DNA of 64,000 bases from a virus: IMG/VR virus record IMGVR_UViG_3300036790_000408, positions 70,437 through 134,436 of that record; one strand, written 5' to 3'. The position numbers were made by a program, and so were the translations under genes. Position 1 is the stretch's first letter. Each line of letters begins with the position of its first letter. This document shows positions 26,701 through 35,472 of the stretch, piece by piece. A model generated the notes under the pieces. The model worked only from the letters and a program-made list of their open reading frames with translations, made no database searches and was not told the DNA's origin.

Positions 26701-27045
26701 ATGCCATTCGACAACACACCAGACAGGCTTGAGACATCCATAACGACTTTGCTGAGAGGGACCAAGGAACGCATCAAACACCATGAGAATTGGTGCCAAG
26801 GCGTACTACGGATGCGTGGGAGCGCTATACCAAAGTACTGCTTACTTGGAGCGATGGATGTAGCTAAAATTGAGATCAGATCATCATGGGATGATGTGTG
26901 GGCGGCCACGGAAGTCGTCCGTAATGTCGCGATAAAACGTGGATATAATTCCCCAGCCGAGTTTAATGATGCGGATGAAACCACCCACACAACAATCATG
27001 GATGCTCTCGACGAGGCCATCTGGACCTCCATGGAGGTGATATGA
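26701..27045 (+). CDS. DUF6197-like phage protein
   Basis: WCQG...CLLGAM...FNDA..TH pattern. Confidence 0.5.
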   Translation: MPFDNTPDRLETSITTLLRGTKERIKHHENWCQGVLRMRGSAIPKYCLLGAMDVAKIEIRSSWDDVWAATEVVRNVAIKRGYNSPAEFNDADETTHTTIMDALDEAIWTSMEVI

Positions 27046-27458
27046 AACCTCTGTTCGGTATCTCATCTCTGGTGCTGATGATCGTCGCCGGTCATCCGGC
27101 ACCGGTAGCAATTCCACCCGATCCGATGATCATCCGGGTACACCTCCCATCGGGCTATCCTGATCCAGACGGCAAGATACAGGCGTGGATGGTCCGTCAA
27201 AAAAATATGAACGGCGGCTCATGCTGCGATCCAAATGACCACACCGCCATTCTCGAGAACGAACAATGGAAGATCGACGTCGACCATTATAGCGTCAAGG
27301 TAAATGGAGTTTGGGTCAGCATCCCACCCTACACCTTACTCCTGCATCGAGACACCGATCCAAACCCGACCGGCAAGGGAGTGCTTTGGAGCGGCTTCAA
27401 TAGGAATATGCCAGGACAAGTTGTCATCTACTGCTTTGCCCCAGGCACCGGCACATGA
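27042..27458 (+). CDS. Secreted Cys-containing hypothetical protein
   Basis: Signal peptide, GGSCCDPND, NPTGKGVLW and IYCFAPG. Confidence 0.6.
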   Translation: MKPLFGISSLVLMIVAGHPAPVAIPPDPMIIRVHLPSGYPDPDGKIQAWMVRQKNMNGGSCCDPNDHTAILENEQWKIDVDHYSVKVNGVWVSIPPYTLLLHRDTDPNPTGKGVLWSGFNRNMPGQVVIYCFAPGTGT

Positions 27459-27631
27459 GCCTCTCTCCAGAGAATAAGGAATGGATCCGGGACTGCATGA
27501 TGCAGCGCAAGCGGGTCTTGAAGGGTGAGTACGTCCACTGGTGCCCCGAGTGGGATGAGCTGCCGATGGATGAAACCTGCATGGAGTGGCCGTGCGGCTG
27601 CTCCGTCAGTGACGCAGCCCTTCGGAAATAG
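27455..27631 (+). CDS. Small Cys/His-rich hypothetical protein (58 aa)
   Basis: Translated by hand: MSLSPENKEWIRDC...HWCPEWDELPMDETCMEWPCGC. ATGA-coupled to the upstream gene. Confidence 0.45.
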   Translation: MSLSPENKEWIRDCMMQRKRVLKGEYVHWCPEWDELPMDETCMEWPCGCSVSDAALRK

Positions 27632-30600
27632 ACCGCGACTGCGCACGCTCGTGCGCCGGATACGCTCGCTCCATCGTCACGTTCATCTGTCGGCCCTGCA
27701 CCATGTTCCTGATGTGAGAATAGGTCATCGGTGGCGTTCGGTTCACCGTTTGGTGCAGGGTCTTCAACGCTCCGCGGCGGATCTCGGTCAGCCGGTCGAG
27801 TAGGCCGAGGGCCGAGTCCATCTTCGTCTTGGTGGCGAACTGCTTGGCGACATTGGCCCATTTGTCGTCGAGAGTGATGTCGTGCAGATCATTGATCGGC
27901 CGCGACTCCTTGACCGCCAGTCGCTCGGCCGACTCGCTAGTGATCAGCCAGGAGCGCTGCTGATGCCGGGTGTTGCCGGTGTACGCCTGCGCGCCAGTGA
28001 CGCCATGGCTGCCGGATGGCAGTGCTAGGATGTGCTCGCCGACCGATGAGCCCTGCGCCGTATGGATGGTCGTGGCGTCGCCGTAGGCCAGCATAACGCG
28101 ACCAGAGTTCACGTGCTTCGAGGTCAACGAACTCCACTCCACCCGCCCCACGACACCGTCTGAGTTGCGAAGGAGAAGTCCCCTCTGTCGATCGGCGTCG
28201 ACCACATCGAGTACCGTGCCGTTGCGACCGATCGACCGCATCGTGCCATTTGGCAGCTCGGCCTTGGTGGACTGGAATAGCCGCACCTTGTCACCGACCG
28301 CGATCGATAGGAGATAATTGCGATCCCCGTCGGTGGCCTTGATCCCCATGACCTTGTCAGGCCCGACCAAACTCATTTCCCGCCTAGCTTCCCTGACCGC
28401 CATGCCGATCTGATGCGCGTCGGAATTGGTTGGAGCGCTGATCGTTGGAGCGTGCCCGGTTTCTTTGAGGCGCTCAATGTAGAGCTTGGCGGTGCGCTCG
28501 ATCACGCCGGCCCGGCCGCCGTAAGCCATCTCCGCGGTGCCGTCGTCGCGCTTCATACTCAGCGCTTGGTGCGCCTCGCCACGCCGGAGCAGATTGACGA
28601 TCGAGAGCTCTCGCTCAGTTTTCTGGCGGACGGTCGTCAGGATCTCAGGCACCTGGGATGGGCCTAGGGCGCGACGGGACAGCTCAATGATCGCTCCAGC
28701 CTCGATGCTGGCGCACTGCTTGTCGTCGCCCAGCGCTACCACGGTGAAACCAAGACGGTCCTGCGCGCGCATAAGATGAAGGGCCTGCCGAGTACCGAGC
28801 AGGCCCCATTCGTCGATGGCGATGACGGTATTAGTGCCGGCGCGTATGATGCCCTTATCGAACCCCTCCATCAAGACCGAGAAAGCTTTGACGTTGCGCT
28901 TGTCGATGCCAGCGCCACGCAGATCGTCCGCCTGACGCCAAGCCAGTGAAGCACCAAGAACTTCCCGTCCCTGCTCTTTCCAGGCGGCTACAAGCGGTTT
29001 CAGGAGCGTCGTTTTACCGCTGCCTGCAGCGCCGACAACAACTCCGAACCTGGCACCAGAAGCAAGGCGCTCCATTGCGGCTTTTTGGTTTTTGCCGTGC
29101 TCACTGGCGAAGTCCAGATCAGGGAACTGAGCAATTTTTCGCTCAAGAAGGGAGCGAGGAATGGCTCCGGTTTTATCGCCGGCCGCGGCGCGCGCGAGGC
29201 GCACGAACTCTCGCTCATCCGTCTCATGGAGGGAGGTTGTGACACTGGTGTACCGTTGGTTCCGCTCCTGGCCCCATACCAGGTTCGTTAACTCACCATA
29301 CTGGAGAACGCCGCTTTTTACCATTTCATGGGTAACATGTCTGATATCCGTCAGATTGTTGGCGCCATGCTCAATCAGCCCGCGCAGCGCGGCGAGGCGC
29401 AAATCCCAGTGTGGTACAACTGCACTATGCTCAAGTTTTTTTTCGAGCCATGGCAATGCAGTCTCGTATGCCTTCTTGTAGCGCTGCTCCGGCGTCAGTG
29501 GCGGGAGTTGCGGGCCGATCAGTTGAAAGGTTCGAGGGGTCCAGCCGACTTCCTTGGCTTGCACCTTCCATCCGTCGAAGTCAGCCAGATCGTCCTTGCC
29601 TCCCTTGACCTTCTGGTCGAGGCTTTGGGTGGCTCGCTTGATCCGCTCTTGACGCTGAGGCTCCGCCAAATCCTCCCAGACCTCACCCTTCTGCCGGGTG
29701 TAGAGCATAGCTATCGCTTCGCCGGCGTTGGTTCGCTTGGAGAATATGATCCGCAGGTCATCTGATATGGCGGTCATGCGGGCGGCACCGGTGCGCTCAT
29801 CCAACACCACCTCGAAACCAACTTCGCGCAACTTGGTCGCCAGCCGCGCCTGATAGTATCCATCCGCCTCGAAAATGAAGCCCTTGATCGCTTCGGTGTC
29901 GAGCGAGCCAACGTGGCCGTTGGGGCAAAAGACGGCATTGGGGATCAGGAAATGGGTATGGATACCAGGATCCCCGCGAACCTCCTTGTCCGGCTCAATC
30001 ACCACTTGGCCGTTCCGCACCGACACCATGGTCTTGCGGGCGGTATGGTGGGTGAACTCCAGCCACGCGACATAGCCGGCCAGGAAGCCATCCTTGCCGC
30101 CGTCGCCGAGTCTGGCGTGGCCAACCTCCGAGGCGATGTACCCGACCGCCTCACGCGCTGCCTCGATATGCGCGTTCATGAGCATGGCCTGCTCAACCGG
30201 TCCGGCTAGGGCCCAGGCCACTGAAACGCTCTTGTCCGGCGTCGGGCAGAAATCATAGGAGCCGATCGGCGTGCTCCATTTGCGCTCGCCGGTCTTCGGG
30301 TTGACCGGCATCTGACGTTCGGTCGCGTACTTCTTGTCGGCGATCTGGCTGCCATCAGCCTTACGCCCCGCCAATAGAGCCGCGACCTCGTCCTGCCGCA
30401 GTGGCCTGGTGTTGTCGATGCCAAGCCCCACCAGCACCGACGGATGAATGTCTGGGCGCACGATGGCGAGGTGACCGACCTCGTCAGCTTTCGACTCTTT
30501 GACATCGACCCGGTACATCTCACGATTGAGAGCCACGTCCCACTGCTTCATGGTGCGGCTCATCATCTGCTCGATCTCTCGGGACGACTTGCCGATCAGA

Positions 30601-31013
30601 TGGTCGGGACCGGGATCGATCTCCGGTATGCCGTGCAGCGCACGGGCCTCTGGGGGGATGTCGGCGCCCCCGCTCTCCCGGTGCACCGCGGCGTTGATAC
30701 CGGCCTGGAAGTCGCTCCGCAGCCTGTCCTCGACCTCCTGCACCGACATCGCGGCATCAGGCGCCGCGGCATAGGCGGCAATCAGATCGACATTCGGCGC
30801 CACGCGATCATCCAGCCACATATGAACGTGGTCATCGATCTTCTGCTCCCGAATGATCTCGTGCGCCTCTTCGGCGGTGGTCGCCGCCATGCCGCGCTCG
30901 TAGTACGCGGCGACCCTGGAGCGCTCCTGGCTCATGGTCAGGTTCATGAGGTGGTTGACCATCCCCGAGGTAGATGACGGCGCGCCACCGGCGATTTTCT
31001 GGAAGCCGATCAT
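27606..31013 (-). CDS. MOBF (TrwC/TraI-type) relaxase-helicase
   Basis: N-terminal AAYY, YDFCPTPDKSVS, FTHHTAR, and GDPGIHTH (3H motif); helicase Walker A GAAGSGKTT, IDEWGL, LGDDKQC, VRQK and AYGDATTIHTAQGSS. Confidence 0.92.
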   Translation of the reverse strand: MIGFQKIAGGAPSSTSGMVNHLMNLTMSQERSRVAAYYERGMAATTAEEAHEIIREQKIDDHVHMWLDDRVAPNVDLIAAYAAAPDAAMSVQEVEDRLRSDFQAGINAAVHRESGGADIPPEARALHGIPEIDPGPDHLIGKSSREIEQMMSRTMKQWDVALNREMYRVDVKESKADEVGHLAIVRPDIHPSVLVGLGIDNTRPLRQDEVAALLAGRKADGSQIADKKYATERQMPVNPKTGERKWSTPIGSYDFCPTPDKSVSVAWALAGPVEQAMLMNAHIEAAREAVGYIASEVGHARLGDGGKDGFLAGYVAWLEFTHHTARKTMVSVRNGQVVIEPDKEVRGDPGIHTHFLIPNAVFCPNGHVGSLDTEAIKGFIFEADGYYQARLATKLREVGFEVVLDERTGAARMTAISDDLRIIFSKRTNAGEAIAMLYTRQKGEVWEDLAEPQRQERIKRATQSLDQKVKGGKDDLADFDGWKVQAKEVGWTPRTFQLIGPQLPPLTPEQRYKKAYETALPWLEKKLEHSAVVPHWDLRLAALRGLIEHGANNLTDIRHVTHEMVKSGVLQYGELTNLVWGQERNQRYTSVTTSLHETDEREFVRLARAAAGDKTGAIPRSLLERKIAQFPDLDFASEHGKNQKAAMERLASGARFGVVVGAAGSGKTTLLKPLVAAWKEQGREVLGASLAWRQADDLRGAGIDKRNVKAFSVLMEGFDKGIIRAGTNTVIAIDEWGLLGTRQALHLMRAQDRLGFTVVALGDDKQCASIEAGAIIELSRRALGPSQVPEILTTVRQKTERELSIVNLLRRGEAHQALSMKRDDGTAEMAYGGRAGVIERTAKLYIERLKETGHAPTISAPTNSDAHQIGMAVREARREMSLVGPDKVMGIKATDGDRNYLLSIAVGDKVRLFQSTKAELPNGTMRSIGRNGTVLDVVDADRQRGLLLRNSDGVVGRVEWSSLTSKHVNSGRVMLAYGDATTIHTAQGSSVGEHILALPSGSHGVTGAQAYTGNTRHQQRSWLITSESAERLAVKESRPINDLHDITLDDKWANVAKQFATKTKMDSALGLLDRLTEIRRGALKTLHQTVNRTPPMTYSHIRNMVQGRQMNVTMERAYPAHERAQSRSISEGLRH

Positions 31014-31016
31014 GAC

Positions 31017-31790
31017 CTATTTGAGATGCATCACCGTCTCGGCAAGCAGATCATCGAGAAGGTCGGTCGGCACCAATCTCTCCTCGAATTTCTCTGTGAT
31101 GTTCTCATTGTCTCTGAACCAAGAGGTAATGAATTCATTCAGATAAGTGGATCGGTATAGCTCTTTCTCTGGTGAGAGCATCTTGAACCGCAGCAGCTTG
31201 TTGACCTCCCTCTTTAGCTCATGCGGCAGCGTCATGGCCGTCGTGATGTCGAGGAGCCTCACTGGAGGCATCCGCATGGGGTGCATCTGCATCCACATGA
31301 TGCAGAGGATCGGCCGAAGGGCGTAGAGGTATTCTTTGCAGGTATGGTCACCGGCGAAAACCTCCTGGAGGTGACCCTTCGAGTTATTCTTGGCAAAATT
31401 GACGTAGTGATGAACAAGAGCTTTGGGCGAAAAGTACTCGTACATGACGTCGAGTAACTTGCCCTGGAACCCGTATTCGTCGGCGTAAATGATAGGCGAC
31501 CGAAGCCACTCCAGCAGCGCTGGGTTCGACTTCTGAGCCAATACAAGTGCCTTGCGAATGTCCCACCCAGAGTAGTCGTATAGATCACCATCTTCCTCGA
31601 AACGCAACGTCTTGAGGGAGTCATGGATCACTAGGTAACCGTTCAGGTTCTTGGCGAATATGAAGCGCACATCATAGTCGCTGTCAGGCGACTGGAAGCC
31701 CCACGCACGACTGCCGCTCTCTGCGGCGAAGAGAAGGTGCAGGCTATCAGCCTCAAGCCGATCCTGCAGCTTGGATATGTTGATGGTCAT
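31017..31790 (-). CDS. DNA polymerase beta superfamily nucleotidyltransferase (YcgL/RlaP-like)
   Basis: ESGSRAWGFQSPDSDYDVRFI, GWDIRKAL, KSNPALLEWLRSP and YLYALRP. Confidence 0.85.
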   Translation of the reverse strand: MTINISKLQDRLEADSLHLLFAAESGSRAWGFQSPDSDYDVRFIFAKNLNGYLVIHDSLKTLRFEEDGDLYDYSGWDIRKALVLAQKSNPALLEWLRSPIIYADEYGFQGKLLDVMYEYFSPKALVHHYVNFAKNNSKGHLQEVFAGDHTCKEYLYALRPILCIMWMQMHPMRMPPVRLLDITTAMTLPHELKREVNKLLRFKMLSPEKELYRSTYLNEFITSWFRDNENITEKFEERLVPTDLLDDLLAETVMHLK

Positions 31791-32065
31791 TTCACCTCTC
31801 CCGTAGAGACTGCGCGCGCCACGTTGGCCGGCAGTTCGTTCAGCCCATCCCGGATCTCGTTGACCGACGACACCAGTTGCCGGATCAAGCCCGGCAAGTC
31901 CGACGACGGCGGCTCGTCCATCTTCTTGATCAGGTCAGCGGTCAGAGCGTTGGTCACCTCGACGATGCCGCCGAGGGTCTCCATCGCCGCGATGAGCACT
32001 TCCGTGCGTTGATCGAGGTGATCGAACCGCTCCTGCAGGAAGTCGAGCAGCACCGACTCAGTCAT
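31787..32065 (-). CDS. Hypothetical helical protein in the relaxase operon
   Basis: 92 aa, coupled to neighbours. Confidence 0.55.
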   Translation of the reverse strand: MTESVLLDFLQERFDHLDQRTEVLIAAMETLGGIVEVTNALTADLIKKMDEPPSSDLPGLIRQLVSSVNEIRDGLNELPANVARAVSTGEVK

Positions 32066-32279
32066 CGAGAGGGCCTATCTTCGAGTGACGGCGGTCGGCC
32101 GCAGCATGCGCGATGGTGTTGAATGCGCGGCGGGCGATCTCGGCGTTCAAGCGAGCCAACCCAGTTCGTTGCGAACGGGTGACCGCATCCTCGATGCCGA
32201 CGCACGCATCGAGATCACTCTCGAAGTCGTCGCGCATTGAGCCCAGCGCCACCATGATGATGTGCCGGTCCTCGATCAT
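32058..32279 (-). CDS. Hypothetical protein
   Basis: 73 aa, overlapping start/stop with neighbours. Confidence 0.5.
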   Translation of the reverse strand: MIEDRHIIMVALGSMRDDFESDLDACVGIEDAVTRSQRTGLARLNAEIARRAFNTIAHAAADRRHSKIGPLDD

Positions 32280-32677
32280 TGAAGATCGGCGTCGTCAGCA
32301 ATTAGGCCTTTGGCCTTCGCCAATTCCAGTCCAGCCGCACAACCACCCTGGCTAGGGAACCAGAAGAGACTGGTTTCGTCACCGTCCTTTGAAATAGCAA
32401 TCCTGACATAAACGATCTGACCATCGTCATCCTTCTGGACGTCGACTGTATCCGCCACACCGCCAGCACGAAGCGCCTTGTGTGCCGCGTCGGGGGTTCG
32501 TCCCATGCGACCACCCACCGCCTTACTCGCCTCAACGCATCGCCCGCTACCGAAATCCAGAATCCACCACACCCGCGCCGGTGGCTTTGATGCAACCTTG
32601 TCCGGTGGCGCCGCGTGGCTGGTGGCGATGGTGAGCGCCAGAGAGGCGACGGCGGATAGGATGGTGAGCGTTTTCAT
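32276..32677 (-). CDS. Secreted hypothetical protein
   Basis: Signal peptide ending SHA-A; two Cys. Confidence 0.6.
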   Translation of the reverse strand: MKTLTILSAVASLALTIATSHAAPPDKVASKPPARVWWILDFGSGRCVEASKAVGGRMGRTPDAAHKALRAGGVADTVDVQKDDDGQIVYVRIAISKDGDETSLFWFPSQGGCAAGLELAKAKGLIADDADLQ

Positions 32678-33432
32678 TGTGGTTCCTCATGATGGATGTA
32701 AGTTTCGTTGAATTGAGCCGCGCAAAGATTAGCGTGCATCTGAACCAACTGCCGGTATCCAGGACTGACGTGCTTGTCGGCGCATAAGAACAACTGCAAT
32801 TTGGAGCCATCATAAAAGGAGAAATATGCCGTTCGCCCCAGAACGAGCACCTTCCCCGTAAACACGCATGATGGACATTGAAACTGCAGAAGTTCCTTGG
32901 CCTTTGGGCTAAAGGTAGCCTTGTCGTCAGAGATATCATTGAGGAGCGCGAGATCGCCGTGGTGCTCCTGCGCGAGCCGATTATAGGCCCTTGCGGCATC
33001 CTCTGCGGTGACATGACAATAACTGGTGTACCGTTTTCTCTTACAAGAAACGCACGCTTTATACAGCCCATCAGGCATTTCTTGAATGCCGTGATAGCCG
33101 ATAGTGTTGGACAACAGGCGACGACGATGCAGAACACTCTCATGAGGCGTTAACCACCGAAGATTGTCCCGCCGATTGTCCAGTGGGTCGTGGTTTCTAT
33201 GATCCACGAACAGAGAGCGACCTGGAACCGTCATGAACGGGTCCATGACCTCTCTCTGCATCTCCCGGCAAATAGACTTCTCGGCAGACCAGATCATCCT
33301 CTGAGCGTACCACGCACCTCTCCGACCCTTTTTCGGTGACCAATCATAGCGGGCGATGCGATCGTAATCGCAGTCGTCGACAACGGCCACGAGGCCATTT
33401 TTCAGCGAAATCTCTTGCATGAAGCGGTTCAT
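32674..33432 (-). CDS. HNH endonuclease with AP2 domain
   Basis: VDHRNHDPLDNRRDNL (HNH) and GYHGI...YKA...AEDAARAYNRLAQEHHG (AP2). Confidence 0.85.
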   Translation of the reverse strand: MNRFMQEISLKNGLVAVVDDCDYDRIARYDWSPKKGRRGAWYAQRMIWSAEKSICREMQREVMDPFMTVPGRSLFVDHRNHDPLDNRRDNLRWLTPHESVLHRRRLLSNTIGYHGIQEMPDGLYKACVSCKRKRYTSYCHVTAEDAARAYNRLAQEHHGDLALLNDISDDKATFSPKAKELLQFQCPSCVFTGKVLVLGRTAYFSFYDGSKLQLFLCADKHVSPGYRQLVQMHANLCAAQFNETYIHHEEPQ

Positions 33433-33483
33433 AGGCGTATAATTGGATTATTGTCAACGATCGTTTTTGATTATTCTTGCTCA

Positions 33484-33510
33484 GCATCGCGATGCATATT
33501 GTCTTTCGCT
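33484..33510 (+). other. Candidate oriT nic site (MOBF type)
   Basis: GCATC-GC-GATGC hairpin immediately followed by ATATTGTCT. Compare the R388 nic: GCACC-GAAA-GGTGC then GTATTGTCT/. Lies between the divergent relaxase and Stb-like operons. Confidence 0.6.
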
Positions 33511-33637
33511 AATCCCCCCTCTACCCAAACTCCAAAACCATCCCAACTTCAAACCTCACCATGCGCCAAACGATCAAACACAAGCGCATCAGCATATTCC
33601 ATTTGACACACATACGAACATATGTCATCGTGTTTGA

Positions 33638-34009
33638 ATGTCAGATGATAACTTCCAACAGCATGCCAGGGCGCACCTAGCCGCCGCACTCGCCCGTCGA
33701 TCAACCCAATATCGCTGGTTCTGGGATAACTGGGATTGGTTCCAAACCGAGCTCAAAAAGACGCCTCACCCGGATTGGGATGCGTTTGCTGAAGCGATGG
33801 GCAAGCTCGGAATAACCAACGCGCGCGGTGGTACACCGACCGCCAGCACCACACGCCAGACCTATGGCCGGATCAAGAAACTCAAGCTGAAACAGACCGA
33901 GTCAGATCAGCCTGACGTGGATGCTCCCTCTCTCGCACCCAACCTGCCGGCCGCCGACTTGGCTGGTGGCTTCTCTCTGCGCCCACAAAAACCAATCCAA
34001 AAAGGATAA
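33638..34009 (+). CDS. StbA/TraK-like oriT-adjacent DNA-binding protein
   Basis: First gene beside the candidate oriT; RRSTQYRWFWDN..DWDAFAEAM..G..PTASTTRQTY. Confidence 0.55.
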   Translation: MSDDNFQQHARAHLAAALARRSTQYRWFWDNWDWFQTELKKTPHPDWDAFAEAMGKLGITNARGGTPTASTTRQTYGRIKKLKLKQTESDQPDVDAPSLAPNLPAADLAGGFSLRPQKPIQKG

Positions 34010-34012
34010 TCC

Positions 34013-34858
34013 ATGGCGTCACCCCTCCGACTGATCCGCACGAACCTGAACCGGCTCCTGGGATCGGATGAAGAGCCGGCCGAGGTGCCCCTGGTCATCG
34101 ACCGCATTGTCGGTGATGAGCAACCTGAGGCGCGCGTTCGGTCCAGCCTCGATCTGACCGGCAAGGATAAGCTGGTGATGGTCCTCGGTGCAGGATCGTC
34201 CGGCAAGACCACGCTGATGCGCTGGATCACAGAGCGCACTCTGAACGATGGCAGGGAGCTGTCGATCGCCACCACCGATGTCGGTCGGGCGACCCTCCGT
34301 CGATTTTTTAAGGATGCTGACGGCCCCACCAATGAGGCGGGGATCAATCTCTGGCTCGAGGGCCTGTTCGGCTTCCTGATCCGGTCACCAATGACGGCCG
34401 CGGTCGATTTCCGCGCCGACATGACGCTGGTGCCGATCCTCGAAGGCGTACCCGATATGCACCGTATGTTGGAGCGCGCCGGGGTGCACCCGGTGGTGCT
34501 CTACATGCTGACACCGCGGGTCGAGGATTTGACCGTGCTGCGCGCCATGGAGGCGGTGGGGTTCCAGCCCAAGGCTACGGCGCTGGTGATGAACGTCGGT
34601 AAGGCGATCAACCCAGCCGACGCGATGGCTGAGTTTCGAGCGATTCGCGCGCACTCGCTGTTCCAGTCGGTGGTCAAGCGTGGCGCGGTGCAACTCTGGA
34701 TGCCAAATCTCGTACCGGCCCGCGATATCGAGAACGCCGGTCTGTCGTTTACCGACACGCAAAAGCTAGAGACCGAGCCAGTGACCGCATCGCGGACGTT
34801 CCACTGGCTGCGCGAAATGGAGATGGCCTTTGACCCGATCGCCACCTGGCTCCCCTAA
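34013..34858 (+). CDS. StbB/TraL-like ParA-superfamily P-loop NTPase
   Basis: VMVLGAGSSGKTT, IATTDVG and AAVDF; second gene of the oriT-adjacent operon. Confidence 0.65.
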   Translation: MASPLRLIRTNLNRLLGSDEEPAEVPLVIDRIVGDEQPEARVRSSLDLTGKDKLVMVLGAGSSGKTTLMRWITERTLNDGRELSIATTDVGRATLRRFFKDADGPTNEAGINLWLEGLFGFLIRSPMTAAVDFRADMTLVPILEGVPDMHRMLERAGVHPVVLYMLTPRVEDLTVLRAMEAVGFQPKATALVMNVGKAINPADAMAEFRAIRAHSLFQSVVKRGAVQLWMPNLVPARDIENAGLSFTDTQKLETEPVTASRTFHWLREMEMAFDPIATWLP

Positions 34859-35246
34859 CCCTGTCGTCGAGTTTCCCGCCGCCAAACAGGCGATCGTCGG
34901 CCGGCTGCTGACGGCGGATCCTCTCAAGCCGGTTATCGACAGCCTGCACACAGCCCTCGACAAATTAGAGGCGGCCGAACAGCGTGCCAACGATAAGAAC
35001 GACGCAGCCTCCGACAAGGCTATGCGCGACATCCTCAAACGACTTCCAGCAGCGGTGGATAAATTATGCCTAGAGATGTACTGGAACAAGGTAGTGGCGG
35101 CCGGTTTCGTCTTGATATTCGGCTGCTCGATTGGCTTTGGGATCGGCTGGTACTTCGGCCACGATCCGTGGGTGATCACTCGCTGCGACGTACAAGAGGG
35201 AGCAAACATCTGCTCGGGGTGGATGTCGACGCCAATCAGCAGGTAG
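34830..35246 (+). CDS. StbC/TraM-like membrane protein
   Basis: Helical N-terminus plus one C-terminal TM segment; third gene of the operon. Confidence 0.5.
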   Translation: MTRSPPGSPNPVVEFPAAKQAIVGRLLTADPLKPVIDSLHTALDKLEAAEQRANDKNDAASDKAMRDILKRLPAAVDKLCLEMYWNKVVAAGFVLIFGCSIGFGIGWYFGHDPWVITRCDVQEGANICSGWMSTPISR

Positions 35247-35472
35247 ACCTGTCCTGCCCAGCCTGCAGCGGTCATGCCTCCTACGTCTTTGGCACGCAGC
35301 GGCGGTGCATCAAGTGCGGCAGCAGTTGGGATCCAAAGGTCGGCGCGGATAGCCTGAACGTCGGCGAAATGCTGCTGTTCGACATCCGGCGCCGTATCGA
35401 CAGTCCGAATTGCAGCAGCGCACACCGCGCCATTCTGATGGCAACCTTAGATCGATTGGAAACAAAACAGGG

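Noticed and set aside
34013-34858. Plasmid partition ParA/ParB system
   Set aside because: The ATPase sits in the oriT-adjacent Stb/TraL position, and both ParB-like domains in the window are fused to methylases, so no partition cassette is supported.
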